Shown piece by piece: positions 1 through 8,610 of a stretch of DNA of 64,000 nucleotides. The stretch lies in contig DHTA01000005.1 of NCBI GenBank assembly GCA_002408565.1, positions 108,049 through 172,048 of the forward strand. Reading direction: 5' to 3'. Under the pieces are notes generated by a model. It was not told the DNA's origin, did no database searches, and saw only the letters and a list, made by a program, of their open reading frames with translations. The first letter of the stretch is position 1; each line of letters begins with the position of its first letter. Both the position numbers and the translations under genes were made by a program. The DNA comes from Patescibacteria group bacterium UBA5272. Its GTDB lineage: Bacteria; Patescibacteriota; Minisyncoccia; Phycocordibacterales; UBA5272.

Positions 1-413
1 TTCCTAATAAAAATTTCTTTATATATTCTGACGACTTAGATTTCAGTATGAGAGCAAAAAAGATAGGTTATAGTTTCTATATTTCACCTTATTTAATTAT
101 AGAAGATTTACATTTAACTTACAATGACCATTATCCTCATTTCTTCTTTGCGAATAATACCAAAAATTATCAAATATTCTTATCCATTAGAAATTCTATA
201 ATAGCTACAAAGATGAATAATTCTCATAATAGATTTTTATTTATATTAAATATTATTTTCTATTTTTTTGGGATATTGGTTTTAGTCTCCTTAAGAAGGA
301 AGTTTTTATTCAAAAAGACAGACCTAGAAAGGTTTAATCTCATTTTAAGGGCTATAAAAAGTGGATTTGAAATGGATTTTACTATTCCTGATTTTATTGG
401 TTTGCCGAAATAG
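1..413 (+). CDS. Family-2 glycosyltransferase, C-terminal fragment (5' end cut by the window edge)
   Basis: The reading frame is open from position 3. The translation ...PNKNFFIYSDDLDFSMRAKKIGY... matches the GT2 C-terminal DD-x-D/RA-K-GY region. The ORF-track M at 48 is internal. Confidence 0.5.
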   Translation, partial: PNKNFFIYSDDLDFSMRAKKIGYSFYISPYLIIEDLHLTYNDHYPHFFFANNTKNYQIFLSIRNSIIATKMNNSHNRFLFILNIIFYFFGILVLVSLRRKFLFKKTDLERFNLILRAIKSGFEMDFTIPDFIGLPK

Positions 414-461
414 TTGTCTTCTTTATAAAATAATTAAAATAAATTTAAATGAAACAAAACA

Positions 462-1214
462 TTAAGACAACAGGCACTTTGTTTGTCTTAAAAGTAGATA
501 TAAAAATATTTTTAAAGTTATTTTCTCTTTCCAAAGTAATTTTGTATTTCCTTTGTACTTATCTTTTAAAATATCAGTAAGACCTTGGGGTAGGTATCCG
601 TTAGAATCTTTAGTATTTATATCTTTATAAATTACAGTCGCAGGAAGTTTTATAAAATAAAACCACTCCTCTCCATTTTTAATCTTTGTAGAAAATCTAG
701 ATGAGATAGCTAATTTTCTAGAGATTGTGTGTGTGGCATCACCTTTTATATTTTTAAAAAGTAAAATATCCCAAAAATAATTATATTTTTTTTTAATTTT
801 TCTTACTTTAGTTTGAGAAATTTCTTCTATACAAAAATTAGTAACTAACCAGGCTATAGGTATTTTCTTATTTTTTGAAAAGGTAAGAATATCGTTTACT
901 TTCCTTAGGGAGTCTTTTGCTAAAAAATCATCATCATCTAAAAATACTACATAATCACTCGTTTTAGAAATACTTTCCAAAGCAAAATTTCTTGAAAAAT
1001 TCACACCCGTATTTTTTTCATTTTTAAAATATCTGATTCTATTATCTTTGATACCCTCTCCATTTTCAAATTCGCTGTAATCAAAATCAGGAGAATCGTT
1101 AACTATAATCATTTCAAAATCTAAATAATTTTGATCTAAAACACTTTGAACAGCTCTAATAAGTTCTTTAGGTCTTTTATATGTGGGTGTAATTATAGAG
1201 AATTTCATGTCCAA
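462..1214 (-). CDS. Family-2 glycosyltransferase (GT-A fold)
   Basis: N-terminus FSIITPTYKRPKELIRAVQSVLDQNYLDFEMIIVNDSP plus a DDDD acidic motif (VVFLDDDDFL) are typical of GT2 (PF00535). Confidence 0.75.
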   Translation of the reverse strand: MDMKFSIITPTYKRPKELIRAVQSVLDQNYLDFEMIIVNDSPDFDYSEFENGEGIKDNRIRYFKNEKNTGVNFSRNFALESISKTSDYVVFLDDDDFLAKDSLRKVNDILTFSKNKKIPIAWLVTNFCIEEISQTKVRKIKKKYNYFWDILLFKNIKGDATHTISRKLAISSRFSTKIKNGEEWFYFIKLPATVIYKDINTKDSNGYLPQGLTDILKDKYKGNTKLLWKEKITLKIFLYLLLRQTKCLLS

Positions 1215-1218
1215 ATTT

Positions 1219-1977
1219 TTATTCCATTTTTAATTTTTTTTTAATAACTTTTTTGATTCCTAAAAACTCTGTAATCTTTTTAAGAATTTTATGAAGACCT
1301 ATTTTTTTTATAAATTTATTTAAAGGATGTCCCCAAGAATAATTCCACATATGAACGCCATAAGCCTCCTCAGGAGCATTTGTTTTTAAAATATTATCTT
1401 TATAGCTAACACGAAAATTTTTAATCTCATATTGATCAAATGCATAAAAATATTTTTTTGGGTGGATTTTTATAAAAGCATTATCTCCAGATTGATTTCT
1501 GTAATTATGATAATTTTCTGTCATTACAGCTGGTCCAGTTTTTAAAATTCTATAATTTTCGTCATTATATTTTTCGTAATAATCCAAACAAAATTTAATA
1601 AAAGGATTATCTTTTTCTGCTCCAACAGCTCCACAACTTAAATTTTCGTCATCTTCATAAGCGGTAAAACAAGAGTCGTTTAAAAGATTGTCTAAAGACT
1701 TAAGCATAAACATATCAGAATCTAAATAAACCCCTCCGTGATTATATAAAATATATAATCTTAAATAGTCTACGATAAAACCCCATTTTTTTGCGTCGCT
1801 TATATATTTTGTATAAGGATGAGAATTTATATCAAAATTACTTTCATTCCACTCTTTTATCTCATAATCAGGCATTACTTTTTTCCAGCTTTCAATACAT
1901 TTTAAAACCAGGTCTGGTTTTGGATTTCCGCCAAACCAACAATAATGTAAAACCTTAGGAATTTTTGTTTCAGTCAT
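1219..1977 (-). CDS. GT32-like glycosyltransferase with DXD sugar-binding region
   Basis: IPKVLHYCWFGG ... DYLRLYILYNHGGVYLDSD matches the Gly_transf_sug (PF04488) signature. Confidence 0.65.
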   Translation of the reverse strand: MTETKIPKVLHYCWFGGNPKPDLVLKCIESWKKVMPDYEIKEWNESNFDINSHPYTKYISDAKKWGFIVDYLRLYILYNHGGVYLDSDMFMLKSLDNLLNDSCFTAYEDDENLSCGAVGAEKDNPFIKFCLDYYEKYNDENYRILKTGPAVMTENYHNYRNQSGDNAFIKIHPKKYFYAFDQYEIKNFRVSYKDNILKTNAPEEAYGVHMWNYSWGHPLNKFIKKIGLHKILKKITEFLGIKKVIKKKLKME

Positions 1978-1984
1978 ATTTCTA

Positions 1985-3388
1985 TTATACCCCGCTTCGA
2001 CTCAATAAATTTCTCACAGTTTTTACCATCAAAGATAAATCCATTAAGAAAGATCTATGCTTTAAATAGAAAATATCATAACAAAGTTTGTCTCTGGTGG
2101 CATCGGTCGCAATGCCAAACTTTGGAACAGATTTTTGTTCTTGATAAATCTGGGCGTAGCCGGAAAGGCCAGGGGTGACAGTGTGGCGAATTCCATAAAA
2201 AGGAATTTGTTTCGCATATTCTTCTACAAGAGTAGGGACTTCTGGACGAGGTCCAATGAGAGACAAGTCTCCCGAGATAATATTTATAAGTTGAGGAAGT
2301 TCATCTAGTCTAGTTTTTCTTAAAAAGCTTCCAAACTTTGTAATTCTTTTTGCTTCATTTTTACTGCTAGAATCTATGTCTTTATTTTTAAGATCGGTCA
2401 TACTTCTAAATTTATAGACTTTAAAAGGAAGTCCATCTTTACCTATTCTTTCAGAAATATAAAAGAGGCTTCCACCGTCTTGTGCTTTTAAAACAAGAAA
2501 GATAATCGGGTAAATAGCTAGAGAAATCAAAAAGATAGGAATAGACAAATATAAGTCTAAGAGCCTTTTTGCATTTTCGTAAAATTTATTTTTCTTTCCG
2601 TAAAGATTATTAAAGAACCAGCTAGCATCAATATTATCTAGCGGGACTTTTTGAAGCACTTCTTCATAGAGATCGGCAAAATTTACCACCTCTACTTTTC
2701 CGAGTAGGAATTCATAAAAGAAAGAAATGTTGTTTTTAATTTTTGGATGATGCATGTTTATGGCGAGCATGCTTATCTCCTCTTCGGCAACTTTCTTTTT
2801 TATGGAATCCAGACTTTCTATTTCGCTAAGAGATAAAGAGTTTACTTTTTGTATATTTAAAATTTTGTTTTGAGCAATTTCATCTTTTAAGTCTTCTAAT
2901 TCTTTTCCTTCCGCTACCAAGAGGATTCGGGTATTTCCACTTCCTTTAAAAATCTTACGGACGCTTTTTCGCCAAAAGAAAATGAAAAGACTAGAGATCA
3001 AAATGTAAATTATCAAAATAGTTTTGGGAGCGATGGAGAAAAGAGGAATGGTGTAGAAAATAATTGCTCCTAAAATAGAAGAGAGTATTTGGCTCGCGAG
3101 AATTCTCTTGTCTAGCTCGGTGTAGATTTTGATAGTCATCTTGTCATAGAGTCCATACATATAAAAGACCAGCATATTTAAAAAGATGATGATGAGAAAG
3201 GGATAAAACACTCCTAGAAATCTCTCCCAAGACACAAAGCCTATATTTTCAATAGCGAAAGAATATCGGAGAGAGATGGAAAGATATAAAGCCGTGGAGA
3301 GAATTATGAAATCAGTAAATGCGATAAATACCCTTTTTGTGATTTTGGTTGAAATCATATATAATTTTATTATAGAGATATTATACAA
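1985..3388 (-). CDS. Polyprenyl-phosphate glycosylphosphotransferase (WbaP/EpsL-like priming bacterial sugar transferase)
   Basis: N-terminal multi-TM region. The C-terminal bacterial sugar transferase domain has DLSLIGPRPE and PGLSGYAQI motifs. Confidence 0.75.
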   Translation of the reverse strand: MYNISIIKLYMISTKITKRVFIAFTDFIILSTALYLSISLRYSFAIENIGFVSWERFLGVFYPFLIIIFLNMLVFYMYGLYDKMTIKIYTELDKRILASQILSSILGAIIFYTIPLFSIAPKTILIIYILISSLFIFFWRKSVRKIFKGSGNTRILLVAEGKELEDLKDEIAQNKILNIQKVNSLSLSEIESLDSIKKKVAEEEISMLAINMHHPKIKNNISFFYEFLLGKVEVVNFADLYEEVLQKVPLDNIDASWFFNNLYGKKNKFYENAKRLLDLYLSIPIFLISLAIYPIIFLVLKAQDGGSLFYISERIGKDGLPFKVYKFRSMTDLKNKDIDSSSKNEAKRITKFGSFLRKTRLDELPQLINIISGDLSLIGPRPEVPTLVEEYAKQIPFYGIRHTVTPGLSGYAQIYQEQKSVPKFGIATDATRDKLCYDIFYLKHRSFLMDLSLMVKTVRNLLSRSGV

Positions 3389-3419
3389 TTTAAACTAAAA
3401 AATAAAAGCTTTAAAGTCT

Positions 3420-4511
3420 ATGAAAATCTTATACGTAATTACCAAAAGCAATTGGGGCGGAGCGCAAAAATATGTGTTTGATTTAGCTCTCGCTATGAAA
3501 AATTTTGGCTATGATGTGGCAGTGGCTTTTGGAGGCTCTGGCAAGCTTGCGGAGAAGCTAAAAGAAAAGGAAATTCGTACTATTGAGATCCCTAATTTAG
3601 AGAGAGATGTAAACTTTCTGAAAGAGCTATCGGTTTTAAGATATTTAGGAAAAGTTTTTAGAGATGAAAAGCCGAATGTGGTGCATTTGAATAGTTCCAA
3701 GATTGGAGTCTTGGGAGCTATCTTAGCCAGAATGACTAATATTAAAAAAATAATTTTTACTGCACACGGATTTGCTTTCAGGGAAGATAGATCTAAAGTA
3801 GAAGTCACTTTAATCAAATTTTTATCTTGGCTAACAATTTTATTTTCCCATAAGACAATTTGTGTTTCAGAAAGGGATTTGAGAGACGTTGAAGATTGGC
3901 TTTGGATAAAAAATAGATTGACGGTTATTCAAAATGGAATTGAAATTAGGGAAATATCTAAGCCAGAGAGACCGAAAGAAGATTTAATAAAGATTGTTTC
4001 TATAGGCGAGCTTCATAAGAATAAAGGATTTAAATATGCTCTAAAAACTATAAATATTTTGAAAGAGAAAGTGTCAAATTTTAAATACACGATTTTCTCT
4101 TTTGGGGGAGAAGAGGAAAATAAATTGAGAAAGAAAATCGTAAAACTAAATTTACAGAATTTTGTAGAGCTGATCATAACCAAAGAAAAGTCTGACGACG
4201 AACTCAAAAATTTTGATATTTACTTTCTACCTTCTATTAAAGAAGGATTGCCATATGTCCTCTTGGAAGCTTCTCTAAATTATTTACCTATAGTCGCTAG
4301 CGAGACAGGTGGAGCCGGGGAAGTTGTAGAAAATAATAGAAGTGGATTTTTGGTTAAAACAAAAGACAAAGAAGGTTTTGCAGTGGCTCTGGAAAAATTA
4401 ATTAGAGATAAGGAGCTGCGAGAAAGTTTTGGAAAAGAGGCAAGAGAAATCGTAGAGAGTAAATTCAATATCGAGACCATGATCGCCAAAACTTTGAGTC
4501 TTTACAGTTGA
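3420..4511 (+). CDS. Family-4 glycosyltransferase (GT-B fold)
   Basis: N-terminus YVITKSNWGGAQKYVFDLA and a C-terminal EGLPYVLLEA...E motif (E-x7-E) fit Glycos_transf_1. Confidence 0.7.
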   Translation: MKILYVITKSNWGGAQKYVFDLALAMKNFGYDVAVAFGGSGKLAEKLKEKEIRTIEIPNLERDVNFLKELSVLRYLGKVFRDEKPNVVHLNSSKIGVLGAILARMTNIKKIIFTAHGFAFREDRSKVEVTLIKFLSWLTILFSHKTICVSERDLRDVEDWLWIKNRLTVIQNGIEIREISKPERPKEDLIKIVSIGELHKNKGFKYALKTINILKEKVSNFKYTIFSFGGEEENKLRKKIVKLNLQNFVELIITKEKSDDELKNFDIYFLPSIKEGLPYVLLEASLNYLPIVASETGGAGEVVENNRSGFLVKTKDKEGFAVALEKLIRDKELRESFGKEAREIVESKFNIETMIAKTLSLYS

Positions 4512-4679
4512 TTTCGTGTCTTGGTTTGGATCCCTATCTTATTTGTATTTTTTTAAAAAATATGATATATTATTTTCAGTTAAGTTTTGAGTTCTAATCA
4601 AGAGAAACAGCTAAATTTAAATCAAACTTTTTCAACTGTTTTTTCATTTTTCGCTCAATTTTCTATCGAGCCATTTTTT

Positions 4680-4720
4680 ACCCTCTGTCCGTTCTGCGGA
4701 TGGAGGGTTTTTCTTTTATT
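4680..4720 (+). terminator. Rho-independent terminator-like hairpin plus U-tract, about 170 nt downstream of the GT4 stop
   Basis: ACCCUC-UG-UCCG-UUCUG-CGGA-UG-GAGGGU followed by TTTTTCTTTTATTATTTT. Confidence 0.5.
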
Positions 4721-4727
4721 ATTTTCA

Positions 4728-4736
4728 TGCTAAAAT
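4728..4736 (+). promoter_or_regulatory. Extended -10 element (TGcTAAAAT) for tRNA-Trp
   Basis: TGCTAAAAT lies 9 nt upstream of the tRNA 5' end. Confidence 0.4.
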
Positions 4737-4745
4737 CTAAAGACT

Positions 4746-4818
4746 GGGTCTATAGTTCAGTGGTAGAATAGCGGTCTCCAAAACCGTTGACCGAGGTTCG
4801 AATCCTCGTGGACCCGCA
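4746..4818 (+). tRNA. tRNA-Trp (anticodon CCA)
   Basis: Cloverleaf folded by eye: acceptor GGGUCUA/UGGACCC, anticodon loop CUCCAAA, T-arm GGUUCGAAUCC. It aligns nearly position-for-position with E. coli tRNA-Trp. Confidence 0.9.
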
Positions 4819-4860
4819 TCAAAGATCGTATTTTAAAACTATGTTACAATAGTTTCTATT

Positions 4861-5415
4861 ATGACGACTGCCTATTGCTCACAATATAGAGACATTGAAG
4901 ACAAAATCTGGAAAGATAGAGCTTGTTCTCTTTGTGCTCTTTGGATGGCTTTAAAATCTTTAAAAAGTGATTTTAATTTGTCTCCCAATGAATTATTGAA
5001 AAAAGGACTTTATATAAACGCTTTTGTAGATCCTGGATATTGGAGACATGACAGACTGACAGTTCTTTCTCACAATTATGGACTACCTTCTTATGCGGAA
5101 GAGTTTAAAAGTGCCCCTTTTGGAAAAGAGACAAAATACGCGGAAGAAATTTTGAATCATGGAATAAACAAAATTTTTAATTTTTTAAAAAATGGGGAAG
5201 GTATGATTATAGTTTCTGTGCCAAAAGATTTTATACATTTTGATAAGCCACATTCTATATTGTTGCATTCTGTAAAAGAAGAAAATAATGAAAAATATTT
5301 CATCTATAATGATAGCGCCAAAGAAAACGAAGAAGAGGGTAAAAATCTCAAAGTTTCTCTCCAAGATTTTGCAAAGTCTTGGAGGAGATTGGCTATATTC
5401 ATCAATAAGATTTAA
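4861..5415 (+). CDS. Papain-fold cysteine peptidase, C39-like (Peptidase_C39_2/BtrH-like), stand-alone
   Basis: N-terminal Q...C pattern (CSQYRD...DRACSLCALWMAL) resembles the Gln/Cys of the C39 active site. A downstream His (HFDKPHSILLHSV) could complete it. No signal peptide. Confidence 0.4.
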   Translation: MTTAYCSQYRDIEDKIWKDRACSLCALWMALKSLKSDFNLSPNELLKKGLYINAFVDPGYWRHDRLTVLSHNYGLPSYAEEFKSAPFGKETKYAEEILNHGINKIFNFLKNGEGMIIVSVPKDFIHFDKPHSILLHSVKEENNEKYFIYNDSAKENEEEGKNLKVSLQDFAKSWRRLAIFINKI

Positions 5416-5456
5416 ATAAATTTTTAGAGAATATCTGTGCTAAAATTAAAGTATCT

Positions 5457-6089
5457 ATGAAAAAGAAAAATATAATTATTTTAATTTTAATATTATTAAT
5501 AGCATTTATTGGTAGTGTTTATTGGTTATTTAATACCTACGACAAACTTTCTTTAAGGGGAAGGAATGCTCCTTCCGAGATTGTCCTTAGTGACGCCGAG
5601 AAATTCCAAGCTGAATATCCTGGAGTCTCTCCAGATAATGTTTTCGTTTATAAGTCAGCTAGTGAAATTATTGATATTTTAAAAACCGGTACAGGATTAG
5701 TTTATTTAGGTTTTCCAGAATGTCCTTGGTGCCAGAAATATTCTATTTATTTAGATGAAGTAGCTAGAGAGCAAAATTTAGAAAAGATTTATTATTATAA
5801 TGTTCGCCAAATCCGTTCCGATAACGCTCCGGAATATCAGGAAATGGTAGCTCTTCTTCAAGAGTTCTTAGACAAAGATGCAGATGATAATCCTAGAATC
5901 TTCGTGCCAGATTTGACAGCTGTCAAAGATGGTGAAATTATTGCACATGACAATAGCACTTCTTTAAACTCTTCTGCGGATGGTACTCCAGCTGAGTGGT
6001 GGACAGAAGAAAGAGTTCTAAATATCAAAGAGGCTTTCAAAAGTATGATTGAGCCAGTCAATGTTTGTGAGACAACTTGTAATCAATAA
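5457..6089 (+). CDS. Membrane-anchored thioredoxin-fold protein (CPWC redox motif)
   Basis: N-terminal TM helix. LVYLGFPECPWCQ is a thioredoxin-like CxxC after a beta strand. It resembles the thioredoxin-family bacteriocin transport accessory proteins. Confidence 0.55.
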   Translation: MKKKNIIILILILLIAFIGSVYWLFNTYDKLSLRGRNAPSEIVLSDAEKFQAEYPGVSPDNVFVYKSASEIIDILKTGTGLVYLGFPECPWCQKYSIYLDEVAREQNLEKIYYYNVRQIRSDNAPEYQEMVALLQEFLDKDADDNPRIFVPDLTAVKDGEIIAHDNSTSLNSSADGTPAEWWTEERVLNIKEAFKSMIEPVNVCETTCNQ

Positions 6090-6173
6090 TATATAAATTC
6101 TTCGAAATTTATTTTTCGAATCAACCCCGCTTCGCGAAAATTCCAAAAACAAATTTCTCGAATTTTCTATAAA

Positions 6174-6206
6174 AAACGCGCCAAAAGAGCGCGTTTTTTA
6201 TTTTTT
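6174..6206 (+). terminator. Rho-independent terminator
   Basis: AACGCGC-CAAAAGA-GCGCGTT followed by TTTTTTATTTTTT. Confidence 0.6.
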
Positions 6207-6221
6207 CTAAGAAAGGCTTTA

Positions 6222-6230
6222 TGATATAAT
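6222..6230 (+). promoter_or_regulatory. Extended -10 promoter element (TGATATAAT) for alaS
   Basis: Part of the recurrent motif CTTTATGATATAATGCT, 31 nt upstream of the alaS ATG. Confidence 0.45.
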
Positions 6231-6260
6231 GCTTTCAAATCATTTAACTTAAAAGCTATT

Positions 6261-8111
6261 ATGACAATTAATGAAATTAGAAAAAAATATTTAGAATTTA
6301 TGAGAGGTAAGGGACATGTTATTGTCAGATCTGCTTCTCTTGTTCCAGAAAATGATCCAACTACTCTCTTTACTGCAGCTGGCATGCAACCTATGATTAA
6401 CTATATTCTCGGCGCGACTCATACAGCTGGAAAGAGAATTGTTGATACTCAAAAATGCTTTCGCTCTCAGGATATAGAAGAAATTGGGGATAATAGACAT
6501 ACCACTTTTTTTGAAATGCTTGGAAATTGGAGTTTTGGAGATTATTTTAAAAAAGAACAAATTGCTTGGATGTATGAATTTTTGACAAATAAAGAAGTTG
6601 GTCTTGGTCTTTCCAAAGATAGACTTTATTTTTCTTGCTATGAAGGAAATCAAAAGTTGAATGTTCCTAAAGATGAAGATTCAAAAAATTTCTGGTTAGA
6701 GAATGGTGTCACAGAAGATAAAATTTATTTTTACGATGATAAGAAAAATTGGTGGAGCCGAAGTGGAATTCCAGAAAATATGCCAGTCGGTGAGCCGGGT
6801 GGACCAGATTCAGAAATCTTTTTTGATTTTGATCCAAAAGGTGAAAAGAAGATTCACAAAAATAGTAAATTTGCTAAAGAAGCTTGTCATCCAAACTGCG
6901 ATTGTGGACGATTTGTAGAAATTGGAAACAGTGTTTTTATTCAATATAAAAAGACTGAAAACGGACTTGAAGAATTGATTCAAAAAAGTGTGGATTTTGG
7001 TGGAGGGTTAACTAGAATGGCGGCAGCTGTAGAAGACGATGAAGATATTTTCAATTTAAATGTTTTTGAACAGGCTAAAAAGATTATAGAAGAAAAATCT
7101 GGAAAAAAATATAAGGAAAGTGAAGAGAATAAAATTAATTTCAGAATAATTTTAGATCATATTCATGCAGCTACATTTTTAATAGGGGATGGAGTTTTTC
7201 CTGGCAATAAAGATCAAATGTATTTTGTGAGAAGGCTTATTCGTCGAGCGATTGTGGCTGGGCATAAACTTGGAATCCAAAACAATTTTACTAAAGAAAT
7301 TGCTAAAACTTTTGTTGAAAATTATAAAGAAGCAGAAGAGTATTTAGGAAATAATCTTTCCAAAAATAAAAGTGTGATTTTAGAAGAAATGGAGAAAGAA
7401 GAAAACAAATTCCGAAAGACTTTAAATAATGGCATGAAAGAATTTAGTAAAGTCACCAGTGAAGGTATTACTGGAGAAGAAGCTTTCAACCTTTTGCAGA
7501 CTTACGGTTTTCCAATTGAGCTCACTTTAGAATTGGCTGAAGAGAAAAATCTAAAAGTAGATTTAGAAACTTTTATCAAACTTAAAGAAGAACATTCTTT
7601 AAAAAGTAGAACCGCTAGTGAGGGTATGTTTAAAGGAGGGTTGGCTGATCAATCTGAAATCACTACCGCACTTCATTCCACTTGTCACTTGATGTTGGCT
7701 GGTATGCGAAAAATTTTAGGAGAAAATGTCACTCAAGCTGGAAGCAATATTAATAGCGAAAGACTACGATTTGATTTTGCTTTTGATAGGAAGGTGGAAA
7801 AAGAAGAAATTGAAGCTATAGAAAATTATGTAAATCAAGCTATACAAAAAGGTTTTTCTACCAAAATTGAAGAGATGAATAAGGAAGAAGCTAAAGCTAA
7901 AGGAGTGACTGGAGCTTTTTGGGAAAAATATCCAGAAATTGTGAAAGTTTATAATATGATTGGCGAGGATGGTGAGATTTATTCTCGAGAATTATGTGGT
8001 GGTCCACATATAGAAAATAGTAGAGATTATTTAGCCAAGAAAACTTTTAAAATTGTAAAAGAAGAATCTGTCTCCGCAGGGGTACGAAGATTTAAAGGGA
8101 TATTGGAATAA
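6261..8111 (+). CDS. alaS: Alanine--tRNA ligase, short form (catalytic plus editing domains, no C-Ala domain)
   Basis: N-terminus matches the AlaRS catalytic core (PTTLFTAAGMQP, HTTFFEMLGNWSFGDYFK). The editing-domain HxxxH (HSTCHLM) and the CGGPH zinc site are present. 616 aa against about 870 for canonical AlaRS. Confidence 0.9.
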   Translation: MTINEIRKKYLEFMRGKGHVIVRSASLVPENDPTTLFTAAGMQPMINYILGATHTAGKRIVDTQKCFRSQDIEEIGDNRHTTFFEMLGNWSFGDYFKKEQIAWMYEFLTNKEVGLGLSKDRLYFSCYEGNQKLNVPKDEDSKNFWLENGVTEDKIYFYDDKKNWWSRSGIPENMPVGEPGGPDSEIFFDFDPKGEKKIHKNSKFAKEACHPNCDCGRFVEIGNSVFIQYKKTENGLEELIQKSVDFGGGLTRMAAAVEDDEDIFNLNVFEQAKKIIEEKSGKKYKESEENKINFRIILDHIHAATFLIGDGVFPGNKDQMYFVRRLIRRAIVAGHKLGIQNNFTKEIAKTFVENYKEAEEYLGNNLSKNKSVILEEMEKEENKFRKTLNNGMKEFSKVTSEGITGEEAFNLLQTYGFPIELTLELAEEKNLKVDLETFIKLKEEHSLKSRTASEGMFKGGLADQSEITTALHSTCHLMLAGMRKILGENVTQAGSNINSERLRFDFAFDRKVEKEEIEAIENYVNQAIQKGFSTKIEEMNKEEAKAKGVTGAFWEKYPEIVKVYNMIGEDGEIYSRELCGGPHIENSRDYLAKKTFKIVKEESVSAGVRRFKGILE

Positions 8112-8112
8112 A

Positions 8113-8136
8113 AAAATTGCCTATTCAGGCAATTTT
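8113..8136. terminator. Bidirectional terminator hairpin between convergent alaS and the 118-aa ORF
   Basis: AATTGCCT-ATTC-AGGCAATT overlaps the stop of the minus-strand ORF. The T-run is better on the minus strand (TTTTTTTATT). Confidence 0.45.
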
Positions 8137-8477
8137 ATAAGGATTAATTCTGTGCATATGGGCGAAGTGTCTAAATCTGGTCTTTTATTCCAAAAGTAAG
8201 CCACATTTTGCCCTTTGATGATTTTGAAGAAAGTTTCTGCGTTTACAGAATAATTGTTTCTGGCTCGAAAAATTGTTAAACCAGTTTCAGGTTTCATCTC
8301 TTTCACTTTTTCTCGAAAATCTTCATTCAACAAGAAAAGTGAATCTTCGGTAAACCTTTTTGGCTCATAAACTTCCAGCTTTAAATCTTTAGTTAAATAA
8401 CATTCTTCAAATTCTTCTTCCCCGTCTTTTTTTATAAAAACACGACGACTATTGGCTCTTAAAAACAAAATTCTCAT
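8121..8477 (-). CDS. Hypothetical protein (118 aa)
   Basis: Intact ORF with its own terminator. No family recognised. Confidence 0.45.
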   Translation of the reverse strand: MRILFLRANSRRVFIKKDGEEEFEECYLTKDLKLEVYEPKRFTEDSLFLLNEDFREKVKEMKPETGLTIFRARNNYSVNAETFFKIIKGQNVAYFWNKRPDLDTSPICTELILIKLPE

Positions 8478-8610
8478 GTCTTTAATCTTTAAAGGTTTTT
8501 AAAAGTTACTATTTGACTGACTTCAACCTAACAAAGATTTAGATTTTCGTCAAATGATTTTTTTATTAAAAATTTTAAAATTTGATAGCTATTTGTGTTA
8601 AAATATTTGT

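Noticed and set aside
3509-4489. Antisense ORFs within the GT4 gene (3509-3817, 4013-4207, 4280-4489)
   Set aside because: They overlap a well-supported glycosyltransferase ORF on the other strand, with no independent signals.
6167-6653. Minus-strand ORFs overlapping the alaS promoter and 5' end (6167-6385, 6291-6653)
   Set aside because: They overlap the alaS terminator/promoter region and alaS coding sequence. alaS identity is unambiguous.
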